A model generated the notes under the pieces. The model had not been told where the DNA came from and searched no databases. It saw only the letters and a list, made by a program, of their open reading frames with translations. Positions 1 to 12,549 of a stretch of 64,000 nucleotides of DNA are shown here, piece by piece. This DNA comes from Mobula hypostoma (Eukaryota), in NCBI RefSeq assembly GCF_963921235.1, contig NC_086097.1, forward strand, positions 158,536,001 through 158,600,000. Reading direction: 5' to 3'. The stretch's first letter is position 1, and each line of letters opens with the position of its first letter. The position numbers and the translations under genes were made by a program.

Positions 1-895
1 CCAGGTAGTTTTGAAGAAAGCGGGAGGCTGCAGAAGGACTTGGACAGATTAGGAAAATGAGCAAAGAAATGGCAGCTCGAATACAGTGTTGGGAGGTATA
101 TGTTCATGGAGTTTAGTAGAAGAAATGAAAGAGTTGTCTATTTTCTAAATGGAGAGAAAATATGAAAATCTGAAGTGCAAAGGGATTTGGGAGTCCTTGA
201 GCAGGATTGACCAGGTTAATTTGCACATTGTGTCTGTGGTGAGGAAGGGAAATGCAACGTCAGCTTTCATTTTAAGAGGGGTAGAATATAAAAGCAAGGA
301 TGTAACGCTGAGTTGGTGAAATTTATTAGGCACTGGTGAAATCTCACTTGGAGTATTGTGAGCAGTTTTGGGCACCTTATCTTAGAAAGGATGTGCTGAA
401 ACTGGAGAGGGTTCAAAGGAAGTTCAAGAAAATGATCCCAGGACTGAACAGCTTGTCATATGAAGTGTGCGGTTGATGACTCTGGGCCTGTATTCACTGA
501 AATTCAGAGGAATGACGGGTGACCTAATTGAAACTTTTCGAATGATGACAGGCCTTGATAGAATGGATGTGGAGAGGATGTTTCTAAAAAAAAAACTAAG
601 ACTAGAGGACAAAACCTCAGAATAGAGGGGCGTCCTCTTAAAACTGAGTTGAAAAGGAATTTCTTTAGCCAGAGAGTGGTGAATCTTGGAATTCTTTGCC
701 ACAGACAGCTGTGAAGGCCGGGTTTTATGTATATTTATGGCAGAGGTTGATTAATCAGGGCATGATAGGATACGGGGTGGGGTGGGGGAAGGAAGGAAAT
801 TGGGGCTGAGAGGAAAAATGGATTAGCCATGATGAATAGTGGAGCAGACTCAATGGTCCATATGGCCTAATTCTACTCCTTTATCTTATGATCTT
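1..895 (+). mobile_element. CR1 LINE, 3' part of ORF2 plus 3' UTR (degenerate)
   Basis: Plus strand reads RLQKDLDRLGK*AKKWQ..., LEYCEQFWAPYLRKDVLKLERVQR; ends in the CR1-type tail ggagcagactcaatgg...cctaattctactcctttatcttatgatctt. Confidence 0.85.
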
Positions 896-1039
896 TTGAA
901 AAAATTTAGTGCAGGGGAGAGAAATTAAGAAGTTGAGTTGTAATATTTAGGATAAAAATATCCAAGAGACTGAGTAAAAGAAGAGAAGTGGATTAAGCAA
1001 AGGAAAGAATGTTTATTTTAGAAGAATCATTATTGGGAA

Positions 1040-1450
1040 AGGAGCATGTGGACAGTGAAGACACTTACGTTAGACTATTGTTTATTGACTACAGTTGTGG
1101 CTTCCATACCATAATTCTAAGCATGCTCATCTCCAATCTCGTCCTGGGCCTCAACATCTCGCTTCGCAACTGGATCACTAACTACCTCACCAGCAGACCA
1201 CAGTCTGTAAGGACAGACAGCAGTACCTCCACCATGATTTTTCTAAAAATTACTGCTCCACAAGGCTGTGTGTTCAGTCCCCTACTCTACACCCTGTATG
1301 TGGCCAAGTAATGCTCTAACTCCATCTACATTGTAGATTCCACAGGTTTGCAGATGATGCGATCATACTGGTCTGTATCTCAAAAACTGATGAGTCAGTG
1401 TATAGGAAAGGGTTAGAGATCCTAGTGACATGTTGTTGTGACAATAATTT
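1040..1450 (+). mobile_element. Rex1/Babar LINE RT fragment
   Basis: ORF 1009-1311 contains YVRLLFIDYS...WITNYLTSRPQSVR...APQGCVFSPLLYTLY, followed by tttgcagatgat (FADD). Confidence 0.8.
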
Positions 1451-1452
1451 TT

Positions 1453-2470
1453 CAAAGTTCTAGAGAAATTGCATTGCAAGCAGACATTAAGGTAAAAGGC
1501 CACAACAAGGTAGATTGTTAGGTCAAAGTCCATCCTTATCATACTAAGGGACTATTTAATAGTCATGGAACAGTTGGATAGTGTCATCGTTGAGCCTGAT
1601 GGTGCACGTTGAGCACACCTCATTGAAAGTCCAAAATCAGAAAACCTCTGAAATCCAAAAATTTTTTGGATATCATGATGTGATGTCACAAATGGAAAAT
1701 TCCACAAGGCACTGGGACTGTTCTCAGGCAATGCACAGGTCACAGCACACCACATATAATTCTGAGAAGATGCCTCACATATGTAATGAACAAAAGTGTA
1801 TGAAAAATAGATAAACACTGCATCGTGAACAATGAAGATCTCAGACGTATATTGTAAGAGTGGATTCATCAGTGTTGGAGTGAACATATGCTGCTTAACA
1901 GTGCCAAACAGCTACTGTCTGTCCACCTGGGTGGCTAAGCTTACCTTTCATGTATACAGTATTGTTCAATGTGTTCATTACTGTTTCATGCAAAAATATT
2001 TAAAATGTTAAATAAAATTACTTTCAGGATATATGTAATAACTGTATATGTAATGTAAATGGATTTTGTATTTAGACTTGGGTCCCATCCCCAAGATATC
2101 TCATTGTATAGATGCAAATAATACAAAATCCAATAGCATCCAAAATAAAAACATATTTCTGACCCAAGCCTTTAGGATAAGGGGTATGCAACTTTCAGAT
2201 TTTTTATCTTCTGTCCAATAGTTGCAGAAAGGAAAGTGAACATCCAGGGTGGGTGGGTCTTTGATTTTGTTGGCTGCTTTACCGAGGCAGCGAGAAGTGT
2301 AGACAGTTAGCGGGAGAGCTGCTTTCAGATGGAAAAGTTGCTATACGAAGCTGGGTAGGATGCTTTCAATGGTGCAACGATGAAAATTGTTAAAATGATA
2401 TGCAACCTTTTTTTTAGATTCCTGAGGATGCAGAAATGCTGATGCATTTTCTTTGCCACGGTGTCTACAA
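1453..2470 (-). mobile_element. Rex1-like LINE 3' fragment, split by a Tigger-like MITE
   Basis: Minus-strand ORF 2341-2544 contains NFHRCTIESIL; the typical antisense 3' region ttgagcctgatggtg continues after the MITE as ttttatcttctgtcc...ggctgctttaccgaggcagcgagaag. Confidence 0.6.
1605..2195. mobile_element. pogo/Tigger non-autonomous DNA transposon resembling Tigger4 (Zombi)
   Basis: Degenerate TIRs cacgttgagcacacctcatt / ggataaggggtatgcaacttt; subterminal motifs gtcacaaatggaaaattccaca and tttagacttgggtcccatccccaagatatctcatt match my recollection of the Tigger4b consensus. Confidence 0.75.
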
Positions 2471-3232
2471 AATTCCATGAGGTGGAATTCCATAAGGGAG
2501 AAATTTAGCAAACCAGATAGCTGTAATGTGTGGTTTACCTGCACATCACAATTCGATTCATTGCACTAAAATAGATGCCATCTCATTTCAAATTATATTA
2601 CATCGGCCATAGCCTTATCCAGTCACTCAATTATCCACGTCCCCTTACAACCAATATATTTCCTCCTCCATTCACACTTGCATAATATCATCAGCAGACT
2701 TGGAAATGTAACAGTTGGTCCCCTCAAAATGCATATAGCATTTGTTGAACATATGTGAACTTAACAATATTCAAGTAAAATTCATTGTCAGAACCAGAGA
2801 ATTGTCATTAACAAATCACAGAAATTCTCTCCACTTTGGAGTTTCATAACAGTTAAGTTAAATACTTCTCTGAATGCACTGTCAGTTACGAGAGGCTGAT
2901 GAATATATGTAGAAATCACATAGTGATATAATGGTGTAGTGCTGGTGTTTCAGGTTTGAAGTAAAAGCAAGCAGTTTGAAATTCTTTTAGCCTATTTCCT
3001 TAGGTTTCTACTGCAGCTAAGGTCCAACTTCTGGAATGTATTCAGAGAGCGATAGATAAGTCTACCTCTGCTTCCTTTATTGTCATACATTGAATCCAAT
3101 CCACAATGCAGCTTGGTCTGGGAAGGGGAAGGACTATTCACTACAGGGAGATGAATGAAAGGCCTAACCGATAGAGAAGACTGGGCTGGTGAGAGTTCTT
3201 ACATTCGTTAAGGAATGGGAGAACCAAGAAAT

Positions 3233-4875
3233 ACAATCAAAGTTCAAGGCAAATTTATTTTCAAAGTACATATATGTCACCATCTATGACCCAGAGATTC
3301 ATTTTCTTTTGCTCAGTCACAGTAACTGTGAGGAACACAATAGAATCAATGAAAGGCTACCCCCAACAGGATAGGCAAACAATCATTATGCAAAAGGCAA
3401 ACTCTGCAAATACAAAAAGAGAAAAGAAGTTAATAGCAAAAATAAATAAGCAATAATTATCAAGAATATTAGATGAAAAGTCCTTGAAACTGAGGCCATA
3501 GACTGTGGGATCAGTTCAGTGATGGGACAAGTGAAGTTGAGTGAAGTTATCCCCTTTGGTTCAAGAGCCTAATGATTGAGTGTTCCTCAGTCTGGTGGTG
3601 TGGGTGCTGAGGCTCTGGTACCTTCTTCCTGATGGCAGCAGCGAGAAGAGAGCATGGCCTGGATGGTTGAAGTCCTTTGCGGTTGTTGATGATGAACGCT
3701 GCTTTCCTGCAATAGCGCTGGACGTAGATGTGCTCAGTGGCGGGGACAACTTAACCCGTGGTGGACTGGTTCGTATTGACTGCCTTTTGTAGGCTTTTCC
3801 GTTCAAGAGGCATTGGTGTTTCCGTACCAGCCTGTGATGCAACCAGTGAATATACTCTCAGCTGCACATCTATAAAAGTTTGTCATAATTTTAGATGACA
3901 GGCCAAATCTGTGCAAACTTCTGAGAAATTAGAGATACTGCTGTGCTTTCGCTGTAATGGCACTTATGTGTTGGACCGAGGGCAGATCCTCTGAAATGAT
4001 AACACAGAGGAATTTAAAGTTGCTGCCCCTCCTTCTGAAGTCATTAATCAGCTTCTTGGTCTTCCTGACATTGAGTGAGGGGTTACTTTTGTTGCACCAC
4101 TCAGCTAGATTTTCAGTCTCCCTCCTTTTTGCTGACTTATCATCACCTTTCATTTGGCCAATAACAGTGGTGTCAGTAAACTTAAATATGGCATTGAAGC
4201 TATGCTTAGCCTTACAGTCATAAGTATAAAATGAATAGTGCAGGGGGCTAAGCATATTGCATGTGGTGATGGAGATTGTGGAGGAGATTTTGTTGCTGAT
4301 CTGAACTGACTGGGGTCTGCAAGTGAGGAAATTGAGGATCCAGTTGCAAGGGGAGGTATTGAGGCCAAGGTCTTAAAGCTTATTAATTAGTTTTGAGGGG
4401 GTGACAACATTAAACATTGAGCTGCGGTTGATGAAGAGCATCCTGGTATTCTTTGCTGTCCAGATGTTCCAGGGTTTAGTGAAGACCCAATGAAGTGGCA
4501 TTTTCCGTTGACCTGTTGTGATGGTAGGCAAATTGGAGCAGATCCAAGTCACTACTTAGGCAGGAGTTGATATGTTTCGTCACCAACCTCTCAACGCACT
4601 TCATCACAGTGTTTGTAAATGCTACTGGATGATAGTCATTGAGGCAGTTACCACATTCTTCTTGGCACCAGTATAATTGAAGCCTGCTTGAAGCAGGTGG
4701 GTATGTCAGATGGCCCAAACTGAATACTAAAGATCTTGGTGAACATTCCAGCCAGATGATCAGCATTGGTCTTTAGTACTCAGACAGGTACCCTGTCTGG
4801 GTTAGCTAATTCCCATGGGTTCACCCTCATGAAGGATGCTCTCATGTTGGCCTCAGAGACTGGAGTCACAGGGTT
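3233..4875 (-). mobile_element. Rex1/Babar LINE, 5'-truncated (RT to 3' tail)
   Basis: Minus-strand ORFs: CLNDYHPVAFTNTVMKCVERLV...LQFAYHHNRSTE; AIFKFTD; HPGHALFSLLPSGRRY; (TTTGAAC)-type tail at the left end. Confidence 0.85.
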
Positions 4876-5029
4876 ATCGCAGGCCCTGATACAGAAGCCG
4901 ATGTAACTGAACTTCACACAGTATGATGCAGTTAAAAATAATAACACCTTATCATAAGGACTGTACAGTTTATACTGCAGTCTCATATGTCTGAAAGAAA
5001 TTACAGTCTCCAGGCAATAACAAAAAAAT

Positions 5030-5228
5030 GAGTAACACACACAAAATGTCAGATGATCTTAGCAGGCCAGGCAAAATCTTGGAGGGGACTAATGAAGCAT
5101 CCTGATGAATTTAGTGCTTAAAATATAAACTGTTTATTCCCCTCCATAGATGCTGCCTGACCTACAAAGTCTCATTTCTTGTGATTTACTCAAGAATTCC
5201 AGAAACTTCAGAATTTCTTATGTTATTA
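5030..5228. mobile_element. Old Penelope-derived fold-back unit (inverted terminal-repeat halves)
   Basis: acacacaaaatg...agcaggccaggca on one strand faces ctgtttattcccctccatagatgctgcctgacc on the other; decayed hammerhead core cctgatgaa. Confidence 0.6.
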
Positions 5229-6029
5229 AAAGAAATTAGTTTCAAATTCAGGTGGTCTTTATAAGGGATAGATCTGGTACATAGTTTATCATAAGTGCAA
5301 GACTGGGATTGCATGAATGGCTTTTTGAATTTAAATCAACAAACAAGATCTCGAAGAAGACTGTGTACACTTGCTACAGCAGTAGTGATAAAAAACAGTG
5401 CAGTTTACATCGTGACTATATTGAAAGAGTCATGGACTTGATTCCATAGGCATCTAGTGTAAGTTTAGAGATGTAATTCAATAAATCTTTTGGTTTATCA
5501 GTTTAAAATTGAGCAAATTAAATTGATCATATATGTCACTGGGTTTTGTTCAAAAAAGATTTTCTGATTCCTTTGGAAAAGTTTATTTTCCATCCATGCC
5601 TGGTTTAGCCTGGATATAACTGGAGTTCCATTCCTTGCTGTTGTCTATGATGGTAGAAAACAAATAGAAATACATTGTCTCACTATCAGCTTCTCAGGAA
5701 GGCTAAGGCAAGCATTATCAGAAGAAAAACTGTTGCAAATATTCAGAAAGTCAGCCAGCATCTGCAGGAAGAAAAACAGTTGAATATCCTCTGCTTAGTG
5801 CTGTCTGAGTTTGCTGTGTGTTTCCTGCATTTTCTATTTTTATTTCTGATCTCCAGTAGTTGTTCATGATTTTTTATGAGTTTTTGTGATTTTTTTGTGA
5901 TGTTGCCAAATCTGCATTGACATAAAGATTTTCTTAATAATATTCATGCGTTCATCAGATGAGACGTAACTGTCAAAGCTGGTGTTTATCATCTGCTCAT
6001 AATTGCCAATGAATTGGGGAAGAACTTCG

Positions 6030-6385
6030 GAGATCTATAGAGTATACAGCACAGGGATAGGCTCTTTGACCCAACTCGCCTGTGGCAGTCAAGTTGTCTT
6101 TGCAAGCTTGTCCTATTTGCCCACATCCTTCTAAACAGTTCCTGTCCATGTAGCTGTAAAAATGTAAAAATATTGTCTTTGTTCCTGCCTCCACCACTTT
6201 CTCCAGCAGCTTGTTCCATATATCCACCATCCACTGTATTAAGTGGTTGCCTCTTATACTACCTTTAAATCTTTCCCCTCTCTCCTTAAGCATACAGTCT
6301 CCAATTTTGACTCCCTTTCCTTGGGAAAAATATGGTGATAATTTATTTTATTTATGCCTTTTCATGAACTTATATAAGTTACGTC
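6030..6385 (-). mobile_element. CR1 LINE 3' end
   Basis: Minus-strand ORF RGERFKGSIRGN...VDIWNKLLEKVVEAGT, plus a CR1-type 3' tail. Confidence 0.75.
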
Positions 6386-6884
6386 AACTGGAATAGTCGC
6401 ACATCCCCCTGTAGGACGTTATTGGGCCAGATAGTTTTTAAAATTAAAATCCCTTGGTCTCATGGCTATTATAACTCTTAGTCACGTGGAGCTCAATCAA
6501 TATGGACTTTATCAACCTTTTACCTGTTATGTTTTTCCAATGTCATTGAATGGGCTCAACATTACCTTCAGCTGGCAGTCAGATATGGATGCTCCGATTA
6601 TTAAGTCTGCTGCTCAGCTCATCTGCGATCTAAGGACAAACAAATAAATATCACTGATCTTAACATTACCAGGCTCAGTTTCTTGTCTATGCTGAATGCA
6701 TTGATTTTAGACTTGAAAAACCCTAATAATTCTCTGTCAAAATCTCTGTGTTGAGTTGAATGACAGATGGGAATGTTGTCAGTCTCAGCTTTTCCACCTG
6801 ATGGTCAACCAGCCTTCTTGCTAATGGAACTAGTTTATCTACTACCTCTCATAGCCCATCCATATATACTACTTAACCAAAGGT

Positions 6885-8185
6885 AGTTCAACATACAAAG
6901 TAAATTTATTATCAAGTACATACATACAACACCGAGATTAATTTTCTTGAGGGCAATCATAGTAAATAGAAGAAACACAATAGAATCAATGAAAGACCGC
7001 ACTCAACAGAATGGACAACAAGCAATGTGCAAAAAAAAACAACAATCTTTGCTAGTACAAAAAGAAAGAGACAAAAACAAAATAATAATAAATAATACGT
7101 AATAAATATCGAGAGCATGAGATGAAGAGTCCTTTAAGGTGAGACCAAAGGTTGTGGGAACATTTCAGTGATGGAGCAAGTGAAGATGGGTGATGTTGTC
7201 CCGTCTGGTTCAAGATCCTGATGTTGAGGGGTAACAACTGTTACTAAACATGGTGGTGCAGGTCCTGAGAATCCTGTACCATCTTCCTGATGGCAGCAGT
7301 GAGAAGACAGCATGGTTGAGATCATGGGCATCCTAGATCACAGATGTTGCTTTCCTGCAACAGTGCTCCATGTAGATGTGCTCAGTGGTGGGGAGGGCTT
7401 TACCCACTTTTCGTAGGCTTTTCCGTTTAGGAACATTGGTGTATTCATACCAGGCTGTGATGCAACCAGTCAATATACGCTCCATCACACATCTAAAGAA
7501 GCTTATCAAAGTTTTAGATGTCATGCCAAATCTTCACAAAATTCTGAGAAAGTAGAGGCATTGTCATGCTTTCTTCATAATGGCACTTTGTGCTGGATCC
7601 AGGACATGAAAAGAAAGAAAGGTATGTTGCATCCGGAGTTTCTCCGGTTAGTCTACGATTTCCCTCCATGCCTCTCTGACGTAGTGGCGAATTGCGTACG
7701 AGGCAAGTTACAGCAGTGGTTTTCCATTGCCTTCTGCCGGGTGAGTTTCCAAAAAGATCACCAGTTCGTAACCCAGCACAGATGGAAAGCTTGCGGGGGA
7801 GCCGGCTGGCTGGATTCGAACCCGGGATCTTTCGTTCCGAAGTCCGACGCTGATGCCACTACGCGACCAGCTGGTCCTCCAGGACATGACAGAAACAATA
7901 ACATGGAGGAATTTAAAGTGCTGACCTTCTTCACTTCTGGTCCTCTGATGAGGACTGGCTCATGGCTCTCCAGTTTCCTCCTGCTGAAGTCAATAATTAT
8001 CTCTTTGGTCTTGCTAACATCGAATGAAGTTTTGTTGTTATGGCACCACTCTTCCAGATTTTCAATCTGCCTCCTATGTGTTAATTTGTTGCCACCTTTG
8101 ATTTGGCGACGACAGAGGTGTCGTCGGCAAACCTAAATATGGCATTAGAGCTGTGCTTAGCCTCATAGTCATAAGTATAAAGCGA
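6885..8185 (-). mobile_element. Rex1/Babar LINE 3' half, interrupted by a SINE
   Basis: Minus-strand ORF MTSKTLISFFRCVMERILTGCITAWY; 3' tail (aaagtaaatttattatcaagtacat in antisense). Confidence 0.8.
7610..7877 (-). mobile_element. tRNA-derived SINE with RTE-type 3' part, young
   Basis: Minus-strand A-box-like TGGTCGCGTAGTGG and B box GGTTCGAATCC; gaaggcaatggaaaaccactgc motif; (CTTT)n tail; exact 12-bp TSD tccaggacatga at 7598-7609 and 7878-7889. Confidence 0.9.
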
Positions 8186-8856
8186 AGTTCCACTGAAGTG
8201 TCATTAAGTGGCTGAGTTTGGCATTTCTGTTTGCAAGTGTTGCAATATCACTCAGGCAGCTGAGCTGAAAGATCAGAGAAACCTATGTTTCAGAGTATTA
8301 CTTGCAAGGAAAATGTTGACTCATAGAATATTCCTGCTGTTCTCTACAAGTTCTTCAATACTTATCCAAGCCAATAGAAAAGATGAAGATGGATGTTTTC
8401 TATTGTTGTGACTGCAGAATTGAAAGTGCAACCAACTGACCCAATTTAACACCCTTATCCTAAAGCAGGATAAAAAAGAGGGAGCTGTTGGGAAGAATAG
8501 ACTGTAAACAGCTATTCATGATTCAAAAGAGCAGAGCAACAGCATTATAGTCAATGAAGTTCATTGGCTGTTCAACAATAAAGCAGGTAATTAGTTAATT
8601 TATCTTTAAAGGAGTTTGTCTTGCACTGGAAAAACAAGAGTGATGGTTAACAGTGATGTTAAGTAATGAAAGTGTCAAGTCTTCCATTGTGCACATGAGG
8701 TCATTTATAATGTTCTGTGCAAATTGATTCTGGAATAAAATAAATTAATAATGTGCTTCCCGTTTGTAATATAACAGTAATTTGTAAGTGTTGACTTTGT
8801 GAGTACATTCAAATTGCAAAGTGCTAATGTGCTCTTATCTTTTCAAACTGTTGTAG

Positions 8857-8913
8857 AACGTGAAAATGATATGATGCACTTTTTTCAGTCTTTCTTCGTT
8901 GACAAAGAAACAG
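8857..8913 (+). other. Candidate 57-bp symmetric coding exon of an unidentified host gene
   Basis: Branch-like ctaat at ~8824, pyrimidine tract, TAG acceptor; one open frame RENDMMHFFQSFFVDKET; CAG|GTTGGG donor; no homology recognised. Confidence 0.25.
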
Positions 8914-9214
8914 GTTGGGGTAATCAAAAAGCAAAAATAAAATCCACAGATGCTAGTAACATGAAATAGCTAAAGGAAATGGAGCATTTTCTGATTTAGT
9001 TAATGCAAGATAGTGTATTTGTATTTCATACTGTGCTCTTTTAACTGAAGCTATCCCAGAGAGACATCAGTGCAGCAGATTTCTCCTAAGATTAAAAGAT
9101 GACATGCACTGACTCACATTGCATTTAGCTTTATCAAATCCTAGTACAATAAAACAATATTTTGCAAGTTTATGAAACCCTGAAGTGTTTTATGGCCTCA
9201 TCCTAAGCATAGAC

Positions 9215-9405
9215 AATGTTGCCACACAGAAGTCTGCTGCCAGCTAGCTCCCACAAACAGTAATATGATAGTGAGTGGGTAACCTATTACCATAATGTTT
9301 GTTGTTCTTCATTGAGATATTGCTATGGTATCTTTTGCATCTACTCAAGCAGGCAGCTAGGGGTGTCGTTTAATGCCTCAGCCTGACCTAGATTTTGGTG
9401 CTGTT
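9215..9405 (-). mobile_element. DeuSINE (SacSINE1/AmnSINE1-like) Deu-domain fragment, ancient
   Basis: gctcccacaaacagtaatatgata and tgctatggtatcttttgcatctactcaagcaggcagctaggggtgtcgtttaatgcctca resemble the antisense Deu core as I recall it. Confidence 0.55.
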
Positions 9406-10254
9406 GTCTCCAGATACGACTGAAGAGCACACTTGACTGATTTCAGAGATGCTGTGGCCAAATCACAGTATTGTTCTCGCCCAATAACTTCTGATGAATT
9501 ATTGTCCTTCGTTTGTTCTTGAGACCACTTATCTCTCCACTCCTTAACAAAAGTTCTCAATACTTGGAAGAGGGTAGAGCCAAGACAGATGGAAGTTCTG
9601 TGTGATGATTGTTTGATTTTTGCACAGGATGGTTGATAGGACACTGCTTTTGATTAATGAAGGCTAATAAATTAGCTTGAAGTGAAGGCTGACCATGATT
9701 TGGATGTCATCGCGTAAGAAGTCTGGCCATTGTAGCCTAGCAATAAACAAAACAGAATATTGAGCTTTATGGCTAATTCTGTAGCTTTCTTCCTCAGACT
9801 TTATCATCCCTTGCCCTGCTGCTTCAATGCCACAATTAATACTGGAGACCAAGATAGTCTAAACATCTAAACCCTGGAAGTGGATCAGGTACAGAACATA
9901 AAGCTGATATCGAATGATTCTTTTTTTCCATGATGAAAACATGGATACATGGGAATTTGGAGCTTTGGAAACTCAGGAACACTTTTTTTTGGCTAAGTGA
10001 TTATCAAGGAAATGACATATGATTCTGATCTGAAAACCTTTAGTCATGTGGATCCAAACAATTCTTTGTTTTATTTAATGTCATACTTTCATGCGGGGTG
10101 TTAAATACCATTATGTAGCTTTTGCAATGAAAAATACTAATACAGATTTAAAGTTATGAATGGTTGTCATGGTGTAACAGTTGTATTTTTAAAACAGTTA
10201 GTGATTGCTGTAGAACAGGCCAGAGAATTGTATTATGATTCAGATGCAACAGTA

Positions 10255-10568
10255 AAGACTGGCTTAGACAGCACCTTACAAGCCCACAGTTTCTACGAGA
10301 TAGTGTGACAAGGACAGCAAAAGCATGGGGGTATCACGACTTGGAAGTTACCCTTGAAGCCACATGACATCCTGTCTTGCAAATAGGGTATTAATCCTTC
10401 GTCAATGCTGGGTCAAAATCCTAGAATTCTTTGCCTTAATACCCACATCTCAAGGGCTGCAATAATTCAAGTAGGCAATGCACCATCACCCTCTCAAGGG
10501 CAACTAGGTTTGGGCAATTATATACTGATTCAATCTGCAAAGCCCATATCTCTTGAGTGAAAAAAAAT
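10255..10568 (+). mobile_element. Old CR1/L2-group LINE 3' end
   Basis: gctgggtcaaaatcctagaattc...caccatcaccctctcaagggcaactagg...gcccatatc followed by an A run; a common chondrichthyan LINE tail (from memory). Confidence 0.5.
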
Positions 10569-12549
10569 ATATATGCACACACATATACATGGATAGAGAG
10601 AGAGAGAGAGAATGAACTTAAGAAATTAGAGCAGGAGTAGTCTATTTGGCCCTTTACCACCTTTACCTTTCAATAAATTTCCATTCTTCAAAGACATCTG
10701 TAAAACGATGTTAAAATAATTGAGGCGTTTGAAGGTCATCACACTACACTTTTGTTCCAAATTGTGTAATACTATTTAAATTCCTGTATGTTAGAGGATT
10801 GAAGGGATATGTTGTAGATGGAAAGAATTCACACAGTTTGGAGTTTACCTTCAGAAAAAAAAATTCTCTTTATACAAGCTGACATCAACAAGGGAGTCAC
10901 TCATCCAGGAATGATTGCTCACCAATCCAAAGTTTAGAGTATTCTTAAACTATTTCATATCTACTTTTCCCTCACTATCTCTACCCTGCATGTGTTGAGT
11001 ATACATAGAGGGAATCCTTTTACAGTGTCAAACTTCAACACTTCTGTTCTATGTGCCCTGTATGCAGTTCTGCTTTTACCTTGTGTACAATGGTAAGCTT
11101 CTGTGCTGGGTTTCGTGAAGCTGATGCTAAGGTAGTATCCAGGCATGAGTTTCCTATAGCTCACTTTAGCCTGCAGTTGTGGCTCACCTGATTGACCCTG
11201 TGGCATTCATTGCCTGGCACCATGCTTTTAGGGGAATGCTTTATCTCACTGCTACATGCTCACAACCCCACTACCTCCTACCACCACCATTTCGCTCTGC
11301 TGTCCTACAAAACAAGGAATTCACTATTCCCTACTACATATGGGGACAGGGCAGGAAGAAGGTGATGTTGAATGTTGAGGTGTCTTGAACAAAATGACTT
11401 ACTTCTCCTATTTGTGATGTAATATGTTCTCATCTCTCTCTTGACTGCCCTAGTTCCAATTTTAAACTAGTGGCATTTCGATCTTAATTTCCCCAGTAGA
11501 GGAAATGTTTTTTCCTGTAGTTAAGTTATCACATCAATTTATTGTGTTAAAGACCTCATTTAGTTTGCTCTTCAACCTTCTAAGCTCCAGGAGTTCACAA
11601 CAAAATCTAGTGGCTTGCATTCATTATTTAACTCTTTAAGCCCTGGTATCATTTTGGTGATATCATTGCATTTTCCTTCTAAAACCAATATAACTTCTGG
11701 AAGCACTGTGATACTTAGTATTTTATCTTTGGCATATAATTCACTTTCTTTACTTCATTTCATCAGAAATAAAGTTGCAAATTTATGAAGTATTTTATTT
11801 TCTAGTGTTTTGGGACATTCATTCAGTATTTTCATTTACTTGCTTATGCTGATTCTAAGACACTTATTCTGAAGTTGACTCCCATTCACCAATACCTGCT
11901 TATATAATTGATTCTTTCAAGTGTTTCTCGCCTTTCATGTGTGGTTCTGTAGTCTTTTAATGAGCAGATTGTTCAAATGTCTTACTAAGTCAAACTCAGG
12001 ATGAACCATTAATTGCTTTTCTCAAGCAGGAAGTAAACGCAGAACAATAGTTTAATTATATTTACTTAATACTACTGTCATACTTGACTTTAGATAATAA
12101 TATAGATATAGGCTGTCCCTGATCTACATAAGATCTCTATTCCTGAGAACAGTTTGTAAAACATTTTTTTTAATGTAAGAGCTATTTCAGTGATGGTCTA
12201 ATTGTTTATTTATTGTGTTTCCCTGCATAGTTAGAATGGTACAGAATCAGAATGTCCCACATTCAATGGCTGGTTTCACTGGCCTTAAAGAATCTATAAA
12301 CGTCATCATGTTTGATAAACTACTTTGCAAGTATCAATATACTGGATTGCTTTGTTAGTTTCCAAAGCAAATTTCTTAAGTAGCTCCTCGCTGTGAACTA
12401 GCAACTATGTTCTTAAAGACAGTGCAGTGTATATGTTGGAGTACTGCAGGGAAGTTGCATGTAAACAGTTCTGCTTTGTTAATTCTTTCGAATTAACTAC
12501 CTGTCTGCCAGTAACCCTGCTGTGGATGTTACAACATACATTTCAATCA

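Noticed and set aside
2155..2190. gacccaagcc..ggataagggg superficially resembles a twister ribozyme loop
   Set aside because: It is the subterminal/TIR sequence of the Tigger-like MITE, and the other twister stems are absent
7800..7877. Possible tRNA gene (A and B boxes)
   Set aside because: Head of a TSD-flanked SINE; no convincing acceptor stem or terminator
7561..8136. 191-aa plus-strand ORF
   Set aside because: Chance antisense frame across Rex1 and a SINE
12108..12435. Possible second Tigger-like MITE (tataggctgtccctgatctac...)
   Set aside because: No convincing right TIR; too degenerate to support
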